Below, piece after piece: positions 1 to 9,049 of a stretch of DNA of 64,000 nucleotides. The DNA is from Escherichia virus TH47: the sequence record MT446416.1. One strand, 5' to 3'. The position numbers and the translations under genes were made by a program. The notes below the pieces were generated by a model. The model saw only the letters and a program-made list of their open reading frames with translations. It searched no databases and had not been told where the DNA came from. Each line of letters begins with the position of its first letter. Positions within the stretch are counted from its first letter, which is position 1.

Positions 1-235
1 CTCCATAATCAAGTTTAACCAACTTACCACACAGATACCCAAAGTTTTCAGGCTTCGCATCTGAATAGAAGAAGTCAGTACTTAACTCTGAATTCAATGC
101 TAAAGCACACAACTCCACCCAAAATAAACCCCTATGTTGTACTGGCTTACAACGTTTCTGTACAGTTACTAGTCCAGTACATGATGACCACAAAGTAGGA
201 CAGATACCAGTATCACTACGCTTGGAGTACTGCAT
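1..235 (-). CDS. hypothetical protein, N-terminal part only (ORF runs off left edge)
   Basis: Hand translation: ATG at 235-233, open to position 1 (MQYSKRSDTGICPTLWSS...). No SD seen. A 16-codon SD-preceded ORF (MKLRTRNRLMDAVLQA) overlaps its start in another frame. Confidence 0.3.
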   Translation of the reverse strand, partial: MQYSKRSDTGICPTLWSSCTGLVTVQKRCKPVQHRGLFWVELCALALNSELSTDFFYSDAKPENFGYLCGKLVKLDYG

Positions 236-277
236 CCATCAGTCGATTACGAGTACGTAGTTTCATATAAGTTATCC

Positions 278-832
278 TTATTTCAAAGAATCATAGTAAG
301 CAGTGTCAAAGATTGGAGTCATAATAACATAGTCAATACGGTCAATGTAAGTTGAACTCCACATTTCTGGTTTGTCATAAAATTGACGCTCGCGTTCATT
401 CATACGAGTCAGTACTTCTTCCAATTTACTACGTGAAGCCATCAATGTATTACGCGATCCATAAGTGAAGTACTCAGTCCATTGATATTCATATTCAGTA
501 CTGATAGATTGAATAGTACCATCTTTGAAATGAGCTAAGGCATATCCTTTCTCTACAAAGTTATCAGGTGGAAGAACACCATCTGGATTAGTTTTCAATG
601 CTTTGGTTAACTTTTCTTTAATTTCAGTTAACGTGCATACTGAACGAATGTTCTTCAGGTTTGATACTTGAAAATCACTGTACTTTCCAAAGAAAAATAC
701 ACGCCAATCTTTAGGTTCATTATCAGATACGGTAATATTCGGATGATGGGCGAGTAAACGAAGAAGGCCAGCTTTGTGACCGTTAATGTAGATCTCATGG
801 ATGTGGTTAGCAGTTTTCTTAAAAGTAATCAT
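278..832 (-). CDS. hypothetical protein (184 aa)
   Basis: ORF track; GAGG SD a few nt before the ATG at 832; promoter 880-907 directly upstream. Confidence 0.75.
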   Translation of the reverse strand: MITFKKTANHIHEIYINGHKAGLLRLLAHHPNITVSDNEPKDWRVFFFGKYSDFQVSNLKNIRSVCTLTEIKEKLTKALKTNPDGVLPPDNFVEKGYALAHFKDGTIQSISTEYEYQWTEYFTYGSRNTLMASRSKLEEVLTRMNERERQFYDKPEMWSSTYIDRIDYVIMTPIFDTAYYDSLK

Positions 833-879
833 GACAATTCCTCGATTGTGGGGATGAGAAGTTCATCCCCTTGATAAAC

Positions 880-907
880 ATTATACAGTACTGAATGAGT
901 TTGTCAA
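880..907 (-). promoter_or_regulatory. sigma70-like promoter
   Basis: Minus strand reads TTGACA-aactcattcagtactg-TATAAT (16-nt spacer containing CAGTACTG). Confidence 0.6.
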
Positions 908-908
908 C

Positions 909-1289
909 TCAAAATAAATTCATTTCATGTGCGTATTGTGGTTCAAGATGCGATAAGTTTTTGAAGCTTTCTTTCAACTCAGCATCATCTACATACACCG
1001 TGCCTGGTACATTCCCCATAGTGAAACCTACCCACACAGTCATGTCACCAGTCCCTAAGCGTGGCATTGATAGCGAACCATCAGGTGAAACATCAAACGC
1101 TACACTGAAGTCATCAGTAACAACGTCATAACCATTTTCGAGAATAATACATCCACTATCTTTAAGCTTCTGAATGTGGATAGCAGCCTCTACAGCACGT
1201 TTGAAGTTATAGTAAGACTCTTTATCCTCAAACATTGATTGTTTAATCAGACGCTTGTTTAGCTCGGTTACTTTGTGCATTTGACGCAT
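909..1289 (-). CDS. hypothetical protein (126 aa)
   Basis: ORF track; its start abuts the stop of the upstream gene at 1289. Confidence 0.7.
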   Translation of the reverse strand: MRQMHKVTELNKRLIKQSMFEDKESYYNFKRAVEAAIHIQKLKDSGCIILENGYDVVTDDFSVAFDVSPDGSLSMPRLGTGDMTVWVGFTMGNVPGTVYVDDAELKESFKNLSHLEPQYAHEMNLF

Positions 1290-1546
1290 TACTTATCCAT
1301 CTCCAACAGTTGTAGAATTTCATAAGAGCCTGGTGGTGCTGGATTCCTGATCTCAGGGAATTGAGTACTTTTAGGATTACCACCAGCATTAAATTCATCA
1401 AGTAATGATTCGAGTTCATTCCTATCATGAACAACAAACACGCAATATCCAGTACCTTCTTCAAGAACAGTAGTTGAACCCGCACAATCCCATACTGTAT
1501 CAATACATAATAATTCTTTAGTGTTTTTGTTACGCAATGCAAACAT
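1289..1546 (-). CDS. hypothetical protein (85 aa)
   Basis: ORF track; packed in co-directional minus-strand array. Confidence 0.6.
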   Translation of the reverse strand: MFALRNKNTKELLCIDTVWDCAGSTTVLEEGTGYCVFVVHDRNELESLLDEFNAGGNPKSTQFPEIRNPAPPGSYEILQLLEMDK

Positions 1547-1555
1547 ATATGTCTC

Positions 1556-1900
1556 CTATCGATTCGGCATATTCTTTCGTAGTCGCAAGAGAAATTCAAC
1601 CACTGACCATGTTGAAATGAAGGTAATATAAGTTGCCAAGAATCCGGTAAGAATAAATGCAACCAGCGTACTACCATTTGGTCCATCTGCTTTAATACCA
1701 ATTATACCATCAACTACAGTGAAACATGTAGCCATTAGCGTGTAGCAGACGTACAACACAAAGAAGAACTCATTCTCCATTGAAGGGTAGAAACGGTTAA
1801 ACACTTTATAAAATTTAAAGTACAGTAGGATTATACCAACAAAGACATAAAATGTAAACAGGGTTGTTATAATATATGAGATTAGGTTCAAATTATACAT
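1556..1900 (-). CDS. small multi-pass membrane protein, tandem paralog 1 of 3
   Basis: Start re-picked at MYNLNL (GGAG SD upstream). Several hydrophobic segments. C-terminal ..LRKNMPNR tail shared with the next two genes. Confidence 0.65.
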   Translation of the reverse strand: MYNLNLISYIITTLFTFYVFVGIILLYFKFYKVFNRFYPSMENEFFFVLYVCYTLMATCFTVVDGIIGIKADGPNGSTLVAFILTGFLATYITFISTWSVVEFLLRLRKNMPNR

Positions 1901-1901
1901 A

Positions 1902-2243
1902 TTAACGCTCCGGTAAATTATCACGTAAGGTTTTAATTCGATTATACAATTTCACTGAAACATTACCAAATATACCATATCCAAGTACTAAAATGTATGC
2001 AATAAGCATAGTAATAATTACTATAGTGCCAAAACTATAATGTACACTACTGATACCCAATGTAGTTTCAACGATTATTTGGGAAAGAGAAAGAATCAAA
2101 AGTACAACTACAATAGGATGATTTGGATACATCCTATTAAATAGTGTTTTGTACTTGAAGAAGCAAAGCACTCCACCAAATAAGAAGTAAACAATGTAAA
2201 TGCAAGCAACAGCATAGGCAAACACGTTAGTGTAATAAATCAT
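1902..2243 (-). CDS. small multi-pass membrane protein, tandem paralog 2 of 3
   Basis: Track start is TTG; ATG at 2243 follows an AAGGA SD. Tail ..LRDNLPER. Confidence 0.65.
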   Translation of the reverse strand: MIYYTNVFAYAVACIYIVYFLFGGVLCFFKYKTLFNRMYPNHPIVVVLLILSLSQIIVETTLGISSVHYSFGTIVIITMLIAYILVLGYGIFGNVSVKLYNRIKTLRDNLPER

Positions 2244-2252
2244 TATCAATCC

Positions 2253-2591
2253 TTATTTTTCAGGGATATTAGAACGCCATACATCAAGGCGATGGATCAG
2301 CTCAAAAAACAACCATACTGGAAAGAAAGATATCATAACACCAAGTGATAACCCGGTCAATACCGATACCAGATTTAATTCATCAGTACTATATCCACAT
2401 ATCAGTACTTCTAATATTCCCCACGTACACGCACAGAATACCAAGAATGAAATCGGTGCATCATAATAGATACGTTCATATAAAGTAGTGTATCGGAAGA
2501 ATGCAATAATGTAGCAAAACATGAAATATACCCACATCAATGACACTACATAGAATGACACTTTATTAATTAATTCAAAATTTTGTTCCAT
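2253..2591 (-). CDS. small multi-pass membrane protein, tandem paralog 3 of 3
   Basis: ORF track; hydrophobic; tail ..WRSNIPEK. Confidence 0.65.
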   Translation of the reverse strand: MEQNFELINKVSFYVVSLMWVYFMFCYIIAFFRYTTLYERIYYDAPISFLVFCACTWGILEVLICGYSTDELNLVSVLTGLSLGVMISFFPVWLFFELIHRLDVWRSNIPEK

Positions 2592-2592
2592 T

Positions 2593-2874
2593 TTATACCT
2601 TCAAATATTCAGAAAATAATGCATGAGCTTCTTCTATATTCTTGAGATAATACATATGATATAGATTTGGTTGACCATTTTTATAACTTAAATCGAAGTA
2701 CTTTAAACTATGCACCTTCATGACAAAAACAAATAATGACTTAAAACCAATCTCACCGTACTTAATAAACAGTTCATCTAAATGAATGTAACTCTTAGTT
2801 TCAGATAATTCCTTCACATCAGCTTCAATTTCTTGTAAGCGAAGTTTACCGATTAAGTTTTCAAATGAACGCAT
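2593..2874 (-). CDS. hypothetical protein (93 aa)
   Basis: Start re-picked at MRSFENL (AAGGA SD 8 nt upstream); upstream gene stops at 2886. Confidence 0.6.
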   Translation of the reverse strand: MRSFENLIGKLRLQEIEADVKELSETKSYIHLDELFIKYGEIGFKSLFVFVMKVHSLKYFDLSYKNGQPNLYHMYYLKNIEEAHALFSEYLKV

Positions 2875-2885
2875 GATGTTGTTCC

Positions 2886-3299
2886 TTATGCTGGTACACA
2901 ATTTTTTATAATGAATACACGTTTCATGAATGAACTTTCATATACGTACTTCAGTTTACCATTTTCACGCATACGATGAAACACATCTTTACCACTAGTA
3001 CTCCAGGTTGAACCAGTCTCTGTATCAACATTGTTCATAACACCAGATGTTACGTTCACCCCGTACTTGAAGCTAAAGGTACTACCTTCTTCTACCAGAG
3101 GGATTGGTGTACTACGTTCATGTTCCAGTACAAGTTTACTGCCGATGATGTTGTACGAAGTTAGATTGCATTTTAAAACACCCATCTCTTGTGCAGTTGG
3201 GTAATTCTTCTCAAACAAATCAGATACTTCATTTGCATAACAAACTGAACTAATCATCAGAAGTAATGAACTGATAGAACGGAAAATAACTTTTAACAT
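2886..3299 (-). CDS. secreted hypothetical protein (137 aa)
   Basis: N-terminal signal-peptide-like MLKVIFRSISSLLLMISSVCYA. Confidence 0.65.
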   Translation of the reverse strand: MLKVIFRSISSLLLMISSVCYANEVSDLFEKNYPTAQEMGVLKCNLTSYNIIGSKLVLEHERSTPIPLVEEGSTFSFKYGVNVTSGVMNNVDTETGSTWSTSGKDVFHRMRENGKLKYVYESSFMKRVFIIKNCVPA

Positions 3300-3333
3300 G
3301 TTTGCCTCCAGTAGTTGATGAAATGATTATAGC

Positions 3334-3358
3334 AAAAAGGGCCGACCGAAGTCAACCC
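3334..3358 (-). terminator. intrinsic terminator (conserved cassette copy 1)
   Basis: Minus-strand RNA GGGUUGAC-UUCG-GUCGGCCC followed by UUUUU. Confidence 0.7.
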
Positions 3359-3363
3359 TTTTT

Positions 3364-3747
3364 TTATATTTTACATATTATGTCTGGTTTTGGCTTTTCA
3401 TTCTTTGGCTTTTCAAATGGATTTGGCTTAGGGGACTTTTTATCTTTGTCATCTTTAGCTTTCTTTTTGTTTTCTTTTTTATCCGATTTGTCAGCTTTGT
3501 CTTTCTTATCCTTGGAATCTTTGTCAGCTTTAGATTGTGGTTCCTCACATACAGCAGCTTTTGGCTCCGGCATATCACATGAGTTATCCACAGGTTTAAT
3601 GAACTCTTTACAGTTGTAGAAGTATAAACTTTCATTGGTAGTAAGATTGTGGAATCTAAAGGTATTTTCACCATTAGTATATACTTTCTTAGTACTCTCA
3701 ATATCATTACACATTGCAACCGTGTCACCGGAATTCATGCTCGACAC
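3364..3747 (-). CDS. hypothetical protein with Lys/Asp-rich low-complexity C-terminus (127 aa)
   Basis: ORF track; tail KADKDSKDKKDKADKSDKKENKKKAKDDKDKK; followed by a terminator. Confidence 0.6.
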   Translation of the reverse strand: MSSMNSGDTVAMCNDIESTKKVYTNGENTFRFHNLTTNESLYFYNCKEFIKPVDNSCDMPEPKAAVCEEPQSKADKDSKDKKDKADKSDKKENKKKAKDDKDKKSPKPNPFEKPKNEKPKPDIICKI

Positions 3748-3976
3748 CTAGTACATCAGATTTACGTTCAGATAGTATTCCAGACGTATATCGATCTTTG
3801 TTATCAAATGCATTGAACCCTATAGTTTTATTATTGTCATGTACTAATCCTCTAGTGTAAGACTTAGTATAGAACTCACCGTTTCTAAACTCCTGTCTAG
3901 CAATGGAGCACTGGTATTCAGTACTATAAGCTATATCAGTAAACAATACAAGTGAAAATAAAACATATTTAAACAT
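3725..3976 (-). CDS. secreted hypothetical protein (83 aa)
   Basis: Signal-peptide-like MFKYVLFSLVLFTDIAYS. Confidence 0.55.
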   Translation of the reverse strand: MFKYVLFSLVLFTDIAYSTEYQCSIARQEFRNGEFYTKSYTRGLVHDNNKTIGFNAFDNKDRYTSGILSERKSDVLGVEHEFR

Positions 3977-4012
3977 TGCATTACCTCTTATAAAAACCCT
4001 CTACAATATTTA

Positions 4013-4041
4013 CAAAAAAAAAGGTTGACCGAAGTCAACCT
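4013..4041 (-). terminator. intrinsic terminator (cassette copy 2)
   Basis: AGGUUGAC-UUCG-GUCAACCU perfect 8-bp stem plus a U8-9 run on the minus strand. Confidence 0.8.
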
Positions 4042-4050
4042 TTTAAATGT

Positions 4051-5580
4051 TTATTTTTGATACTTGCTCATGATATCTTTTTCCCAAGAAGTTACGTTAC
4101 CATTGTCGTAATCCTTGAATGAGTTATCAAGTGTAGTTAGTGCATACTCATATGCTTCTGGTGATTCGATGTCAACATCATCTGCACCATTGACTAAATC
4201 AGACCAAGCCTTTTGAAGTTTACGAGCATTATTACCAACATTATTTTTAATCCAACTAATGTTTCTGTTGATACTTTTACTATCAGCCCCGGCTTTTTTA
4301 CCAATCTCTGATATCCACATCATTAGCTTTTGAAGTTCATGAATTGAGTTATCGTTCATTTCACGATCTTTAGAAAGTTCTGCTTCCATACCATCGGAAC
4401 CAGTACTGTCAGATGAACCAACGTCAATTCCATTTTTAGCTAATAGTTTACCAAGTTCAAAGAATGCAGCTTCAGCAGGGAAGTCATAACCTTTCTCTTT
4501 GTAGTTATTCCATGCACTATCAAACTCGTCAACAAAACGGTTAGCATAATCTGGATTTTTAACTAATGCTTTATATACTGCCATTGCATGTTCAAAACCT
4601 TCTTTATCTGACCCAAACTCTTCCATCTCAGGACGATGAATGTATCCATCCATATCAACGGTATCAGGTAGTTCTTCTTGCTCAGGCTCAACATCTTTCT
4701 GTTCAACTGCACCTTCTTCATCTTTACGTAGTAGATATCCATCAGGTGTCACTTTCTCACCATGTTCTGCTTCATACTTTTTCATGGTATTGAATGCAGC
4801 ATCCATAGCTGTTACGAAGCGACTTTTCTCACCTTGTACATAAGATTTAAGTGCACTATTAACAGCGTCAGATACGAGCTTAACCTTATCGTCTTTACCT
4901 TCTAAACGGTTTTCAAGTTTAGCCAGTACATTCTTGACTTGCTGGGCATTAGCACGGTCTGCTTTACCAATACTATCAAAAGTTTTAAGAATACCATCAA
5001 GACTTGCTTCACCCTGTTCAGGTTCTTTGGAATCTTCTTTGTGTGTACCTTCAAGTGCACGCATGATAGTACTGAATACTTCAGTAGGTTCAGTGCTCTT
5101 ATTACCTTTCATTGCATCAAGTACAGCTTGTGCTTTACCTTTGAGTTCTTCTTTAGGAACTGCCTGTAGTGCTTTGACAATACCCTGAATCAACTGTGGT
5201 TTGTTAGCAAATATCTTACCTAAGTTATCAGAAAGTTCTTTGACAGGGTTAGATGCTTTTGATTGTGCAGGTGCTTCTGGTTCTACTTCTGGACGTTCTT
5301 GTGCATTATCCATTGCAGCTAGTTGTTCTTTTTGATGAGCATTAAGTAATCCCAAAGCATTCATGTATTTTAATTTTTCATGTGGATTCATTTTGGAAGT
5401 ATCTGTTACTTCACCTGGCTTTGCATTTTCTACACCTTGTGCACCAGTGCTTTGGTTACGACTCATTTTTCTACCACTATGATAGTTTCCAGCAGGGCGG
5501 TACTCCGACTTGCGTTTTGAATGTTGAACAATTGCACCATTTCTGTGCTTCATATCACCATTATTATAATCACTAGGCAT
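4051..5580 (-). CDS. large acidic hypothetical protein (509 aa)
   Basis: Longest uninterrupted ORF in this region. Plus-strand ORFs inside it are antisense artefacts. Confidence 0.8.
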   Translation of the reverse strand: MPSDYNNGDMKHRNGAIVQHSKRKSEYRPAGNYHSGRKMSRNQSTGAQGVENAKPGEVTDTSKMNPHEKLKYMNALGLLNAHQKEQLAAMDNAQERPEVEPEAPAQSKASNPVKELSDNLGKIFANKPQLIQGIVKALQAVPKEELKGKAQAVLDAMKGNKSTEPTEVFSTIMRALEGTHKEDSKEPEQGEASLDGILKTFDSIGKADRANAQQVKNVLAKLENRLEGKDDKVKLVSDAVNSALKSYVQGEKSRFVTAMDAAFNTMKKYEAEHGEKVTPDGYLLRKDEEGAVEQKDVEPEQEELPDTVDMDGYIHRPEMEEFGSDKEGFEHAMAVYKALVKNPDYANRFVDEFDSAWNNYKEKGYDFPAEAAFFELGKLLAKNGIDVGSSDSTGSDGMEAELSKDREMNDNSIHELQKLMMWISEIGKKAGADSKSINRNISWIKNNVGNNARKLQKAWSDLVNGADDVDIESPEAYEYALTTLDNSFKDYDNGNVTSWEKDIMSKYQK

Positions 5581-5623
5581 CGTGTGCCCTCCTTTAACAT
5601 AAAATATATTATTATTTATTATA

Positions 5624-6808
5624 CTACTTAATACTGTTCACATCAAGTTCTTGTACATTATATGATTCAATTATTTTTATTAATTTTTCATATTCCGATT
5701 CATTGATTGTTTCAGTATACCCGTCCAAATAATTTATTTTATCAATAACTTTTCTTTTTATGCCACTCATATGTTTAATAAAATATTCAAGTTCTTTGAT
5801 TAAAATACCATCAGCACTGTAATATGTTTTATATTTTTCAGTTCTAAATAAGTTTTTATTATATTGTTCAAATCTGTATATATAGTTGTTTGTTATACCA
5901 AATTTATAATATAACCTACCATTACCTAGTACTCGATGTATATAAAAATACCCAGGTTTACTTGGGTCATATCCACCTCGACTACAACTTGGACAACCTC
6001 TTTTCTTTTGAACAATATTTTGATATCGAGTTGTCCATTCAGGATGTTCACATTCTGAACATTTTAATGTAATTAATGTATGTACATTTTTATATATAAA
6101 TGGTTTATAAGTATATCCGTTAGATGTGCAAATTTCATTAAGTCTTTTAATTGATTCATCTTGTGAAAGACAAAGTTTTCTAGCTGTGGATTGATTTCCA
6201 CATTTTGCACATCCATTACCTTGATATACAAATTTATCATAACTTAAACTAAATTCATCATGGTCGGGATTGCAACATTTTAATGTAATTTTAGTTCTAT
6301 TATTTTTATATTCAAAAGGTTTATAAGTATATCCAGTAGTATTACATATGTTATTTACATTTAATTCTGCTTGTTGTTGGGTTAATTTTAACTTTCCACC
6401 ACATTCAATACATCCATTTTTCTTATTAACTAAAGAATTATAATTAGTTTCATGTGGTTTATGGGAGGCAACTCCACAATGAATTATTATTTTTGTTCCT
6501 ATAGCACCTTTAAAATCAAAGGGTTCATAAGTATATCCTTTTAATTCACATATTTCATGAACTTTAGTTCTTGCTGTTTTTTCTTTTAAAGAATTTCTTC
6601 CTTTACATTCTGGACACCCAGTTCTTTTATAAATGAATTTACTAAATTTACATTTCCATTCTTCATGTTTAAAGTTATCACATTTAAGTTCTAATATTGT
6701 TTTAGTGTTAATATAAGTGAAAGGTTTATATGTATAATTTTGTTCTAAACATCTGTTCGCTACTATTTTTTCAGCTTCTTCTTGTGTTAATCGTATCCCA
6801 CTAGCCAT
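5624..6808 (-). CDS. GIY-YIG superfamily (T5orf172/MUG113-like) nuclease-domain protein with four N-terminal zinc-ribbon repeats
   Basis: Four ~65-aa repeats (..GYTYKPF.YKN..T.ITLKC....H.EW......V.....GC..C). C-terminus reads GYFYIHRVLGNGRLYYKFGITNN..R...E..GYTE. Confidence 0.55.
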   Translation of the reverse strand: MASGIRLTQEEAEKIVANRCLEQNYTYKPFTYINTKTILELKCDNFKHEEWKCKFSKFIYKRTGCPECKGRNSLKEKTARTKVHEICELKGYTYEPFDFKGAIGTKIIIHCGVASHKPHETNYNSLVNKKNGCIECGGKLKLTQQQAELNVNNICNTTGYTYKPFEYKNNRTKITLKCCNPDHDEFSLSYDKFVYQGNGCAKCGNQSTARKLCLSQDESIKRLNEICTSNGYTYKPFIYKNVHTLITLKCSECEHPEWTTRYQNIVQKKRGCPSCSRGGYDPSKPGYFYIHRVLGNGRLYYKFGITNNYIYRFEQYNKNLFRTEKYKTYYSADGILIKELEYFIKHMSGIKRKVIDKINYLDGYTETINESEYEKLIKIIESYNVQELDVNSIK

Positions 6809-6853
6809 GAAATATAATCCTTGAATCTTTGTTATTTCATATATTTACTATAT

Positions 6854-6879
6854 AAAAAAAAGGCTGACCGAAGTCAACC
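6854..6879 (-). terminator. intrinsic terminator (cassette copy 3)
   Basis: GGUUGAC-UUCG-GUCAGCC plus a U run on the minus strand. Confidence 0.75.
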
Positions 6880-6887
6880 CCTTTTAA

Positions 6888-7094
6888 TTATTTTTTAAAC
6901 TTATGTTTTTCGCCGTCAATAGAGTTCACGATGACATCATGAATCTTGCGAAGGTTATGAGTTTTCTTTAGTGCTTCATGTAGTGCACGGAATGCTGCGT
7001 GTACTGTTGCCTTGAAGTGCTCTTTAGGAGTCACTTTAAGTTTCTCAATGATATCACGTACATAAATTGGATGATCTTCAAATACACGATTCAA
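6888..7094 (-). CDS. hypothetical protein (68 aa)
   Basis: ORF track; terminator directly downstream. Confidence 0.55.
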   Translation of the reverse strand: MNRVFEDHPIYVRDIIEKLKVTPKEHFKATVHAAFRALHEALKKTHNLRKIHDVIVNSIDGEKHKFKK

Positions 7095-7109
7095 TTCATG
7101 GCCTAGTGA

Positions 7110-7271
7110 TTATAAACTGAAAGCTTTTTCGCGTGAAGGACGATCATGTGCAAGACTTTGGTCAGGCTTTAGTAGACCTAGTGAATCAAGATACTTATGC
7201 TTATGTGCATTATCAATTCCAGAAATATCCACATCATGCGATGGATCTTTCTTATTCCATTTATCAACCAT
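7110..7271 (-). CDS. small hypothetical protein (53 aa), absent from the ORF track
   Basis: Hand translation MVDKWNKKDPSHDVDISGIDNAHKHKYLDSLGLLKPDQSLAHDRPSREKAFSL; AAGGAG SD 7 nt upstream. Confidence 0.55.
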   Translation of the reverse strand: MVDKWNKKDPSHDVDISGIDNAHKHKYLDSLGLLKPDQSLAHDRPSREKAFSL

Positions 7272-7345
7272 TTCACACTCCTTAAAGAGATAAATTACTT
7301 TAATATTTATACTTCATGTGCTGTTTATTTCCACAGACACTTAAG

Positions 7346-7356
7346 ATTATATCACA
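7346..7356 (-). promoter_or_regulatory. extended -10 promoter element TGTGATATAAT
   Basis: Minus strand reads ..catatgTGtGaTATAATc..; the same 11-mer recurs at 37107 and 38786. Confidence 0.45.
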
Positions 7357-7382
7357 TATGAAATGGTTGTTCCAAAGTCAAA

Positions 7383-7826
7383 TCAGTACTGTTTAAGTTC
7401 TGAACTGAAGATAAAGGAATCCATATCTTCTAGTGTTAACTTCAAGTCCGGTGTGTACTTTAATATCACACATTCAGGTTTCTTAATGGCAGCTTGATAG
7501 GCAGCAATTGCCAACTGTTGAAGCTGCTCTGGTGTGTAGTTCATGCGTTCTGCATTGAATACGATGTTGTTAATATCACCACCTGGCAGCTTCTCAAACT
7601 CACGCATAACAGCAGCCATCACATCATCAGATGTATTCTTATAAGCCCAATGAGGTAGTTGCATAACATCATAAATCTCGCCATTGTCGTTCATAAGAGA
7701 GATCCATTTTTTACCGTCCGATGAACTAAACAGACGACCTTTAATAGCAATGTTCTCTACCAAATTAACAAAGGCAAATATGTCTTGCTCATTTAGTTCA
7801 ATGCTATTAACGTTAATCCAACCCAT
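7383..7826 (-). CDS. hypothetical protein (147 aa)
   Basis: Start re-picked at MGWINVN (GGAG SD 8 nt upstream). Confidence 0.7.
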   Translation of the reverse strand: MGWINVNSIELNEQDIFAFVNLVENIAIKGRLFSSSDGKKWISLMNDNGEIYDVMQLPHWAYKNTSDDVMAAVMREFEKLPGGDINNIVFNAERMNYTPEQLQQLAIAAYQAAIKKPECVILKYTPDLKLTLEDMDSFIFSSELKQY

Positions 7827-7839
7827 ACTACATCTCCAG

Positions 7840-8412
7840 TTATAAATCACGAACGACATTCATTAAACACAATTTGGGCTTTATCGCATTCAAAACCCAT
7901 ATGCATTCTTTGTAAGTTGCTATTATAGCATCTAAATGCTCAGTTACAATGCTTTCTTGAAAATATTCTTCTTCATTGAGTTTTGCTAAATTAGTCACAT
8001 CACATGTAGGTACTATAGGTCTGGATTGTACACCCATTCCATTATTGATATTGGTAAAATGTAAAAAATTGTACTTCACCACACCGTTATCTACACTTAT
8101 GATGCATGTCAAATGTTCCAACTCAGTTAGTTCGGTATTACAAGTGACATGAATGAATCCAGCATTATAGGCTCTATAATCATCTACTAATATCTCAAAA
8201 TCATTACGTTCAAATATAAGTGAAATGAGTTTGTCTTGTGGTTTAACCTTCTGAAATTTTACCGAATTTACGTATGATACTTTAATCTTAGATGAAATTA
8301 TCTTTTTACTAAGTGCAGTTAATTCTTCTTTAGCCTTAAAAGTTAAAGTTATAGGTCTAAATCTAGAACTTTTGTTCTTCTTTGATACTTTGAACTTACC
8401 TTTTCTATTCAT
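7840..8412 (-). CDS. hypothetical protein (190 aa)
   Basis: ORF track. Confidence 0.7.
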   Translation of the reverse strand: MNRKGKFKVSKKNKSSRFRPITLTFKAKEELTALSKKIISSKIKVSYVNSVKFQKVKPQDKLISLIFERNDFEILVDDYRAYNAGFIHVTCNTELTELEHLTCIISVDNGVVKYNFLHFTNINNGMGVQSRPIVPTCDVTNLAKLNEEEYFQESIVTEHLDAIIATYKECIWVLNAIKPKLCLMNVVRDL

Positions 8413-8466
8413 TAATTAAACCCCACATAAAGTAAAAGGGATGGCATATTACCAACCCTATATCTT

Positions 8467-8703
8467 TTATTTTTTAATAGATTCATAAAGCAGAAACAAC
8501 CAAATAAACATTGATGAACAAACTACTACTGGGATTAATGTAAATTCAGTAAAGAATAAAAGTATTCCATAAGTTAGTATGCAACATAAGTTTACGTACA
8601 TAATTGCTTCTGCATTTTTATTTTTCATTTTATATGCAATGAATGTTGGTGACCACATTACCAAAAATGCAAACAACGCACATATGATGATTACAGTTTC
8701 CAT
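8467..8703 (-). CDS. small membrane protein (78 aa)
   Basis: Start re-picked at METVII (GGAGG SD); three hydrophobic segments. Confidence 0.6.
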   Translation of the reverse strand: METVIIICALFAFLVMWSPTFIAYKMKNKNAEAIMYVNLCCILTYGILLFFTEFTLIPVVVCSSMFIWLFLLYESIKK

Positions 8704-8774
8704 ATTACACCTCCGCAAAATAATGTTCTGTACTGCTATTATTTACAGAGAATATCTAAAAAAATTGATCTAGA

Positions 8775-8999
8775 TCAATTTTTAGTCACTTTACAATTTG
8801 AATCTTTTTTGTACTGAACAATCACATTGTTCTTAAGGAAGATGATGGTCCCATAGGAACCTTGGGCTGCAACTTCAACAATATGGTTCTTATATGTTTC
8901 AGTATACCCTTCCATCTCGTTGATACACACTACATGATACTTTGGTTTAGCACATACAACAGTACTCAAGAATAGCAGTACTAGTACTAGATATTTCAT
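8775..8999 (-). CDS. secreted small protein (74 aa)
   Basis: Signal-peptide-like MKYLVLVLLFLSTVVCA. Confidence 0.55.
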   Translation of the reverse strand: MKYLVLVLLFLSTVVCAKPKYHVVCINEMEGYTETYKNHIVEVAAQGSYGTIIFLKNNVIVQYKKDSNCKVTKN

Positions 9000-9049
9000 T
9001 TTATTACCTTATAAACAAGAACAGGAATCCTTTTACGGATTCCTATAAT

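Noticed and set aside
3430-3560. Apparent tandem DNA repeat (aaagac/aaagat-rich) in 3430-3560
   Set aside because: This is an imperfect, codon-level repetition that encodes the KDKKDKADKSDKK low-complexity tail of gene 3364-3747. It is not a discrete non-coding satellite.
3302-3728. Plus-strand ORF 3302-3619 and alternate-frame minus ORF 3378-3728, both overlapping gene 3364-3747
   Set aside because: Both are frame shadows of the Lys/Asp-rich low-complexity coding region. Their translations are Ser/Phe/Leu- or Lys/Arg/Thr-rich nonsense, and they lack independent SD or start context.
4566-5576. Five plus-strand ORFs (4566-4793, 4640-4843, 4934-5188, 4939-5169, 5382-5576)
   Set aside because: They are antisense to the uninterrupted 509-aa minus-strand gene. 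Such ORFs arise readily opposite long genes in AT-rich DNA. No SD or promoter was seen.
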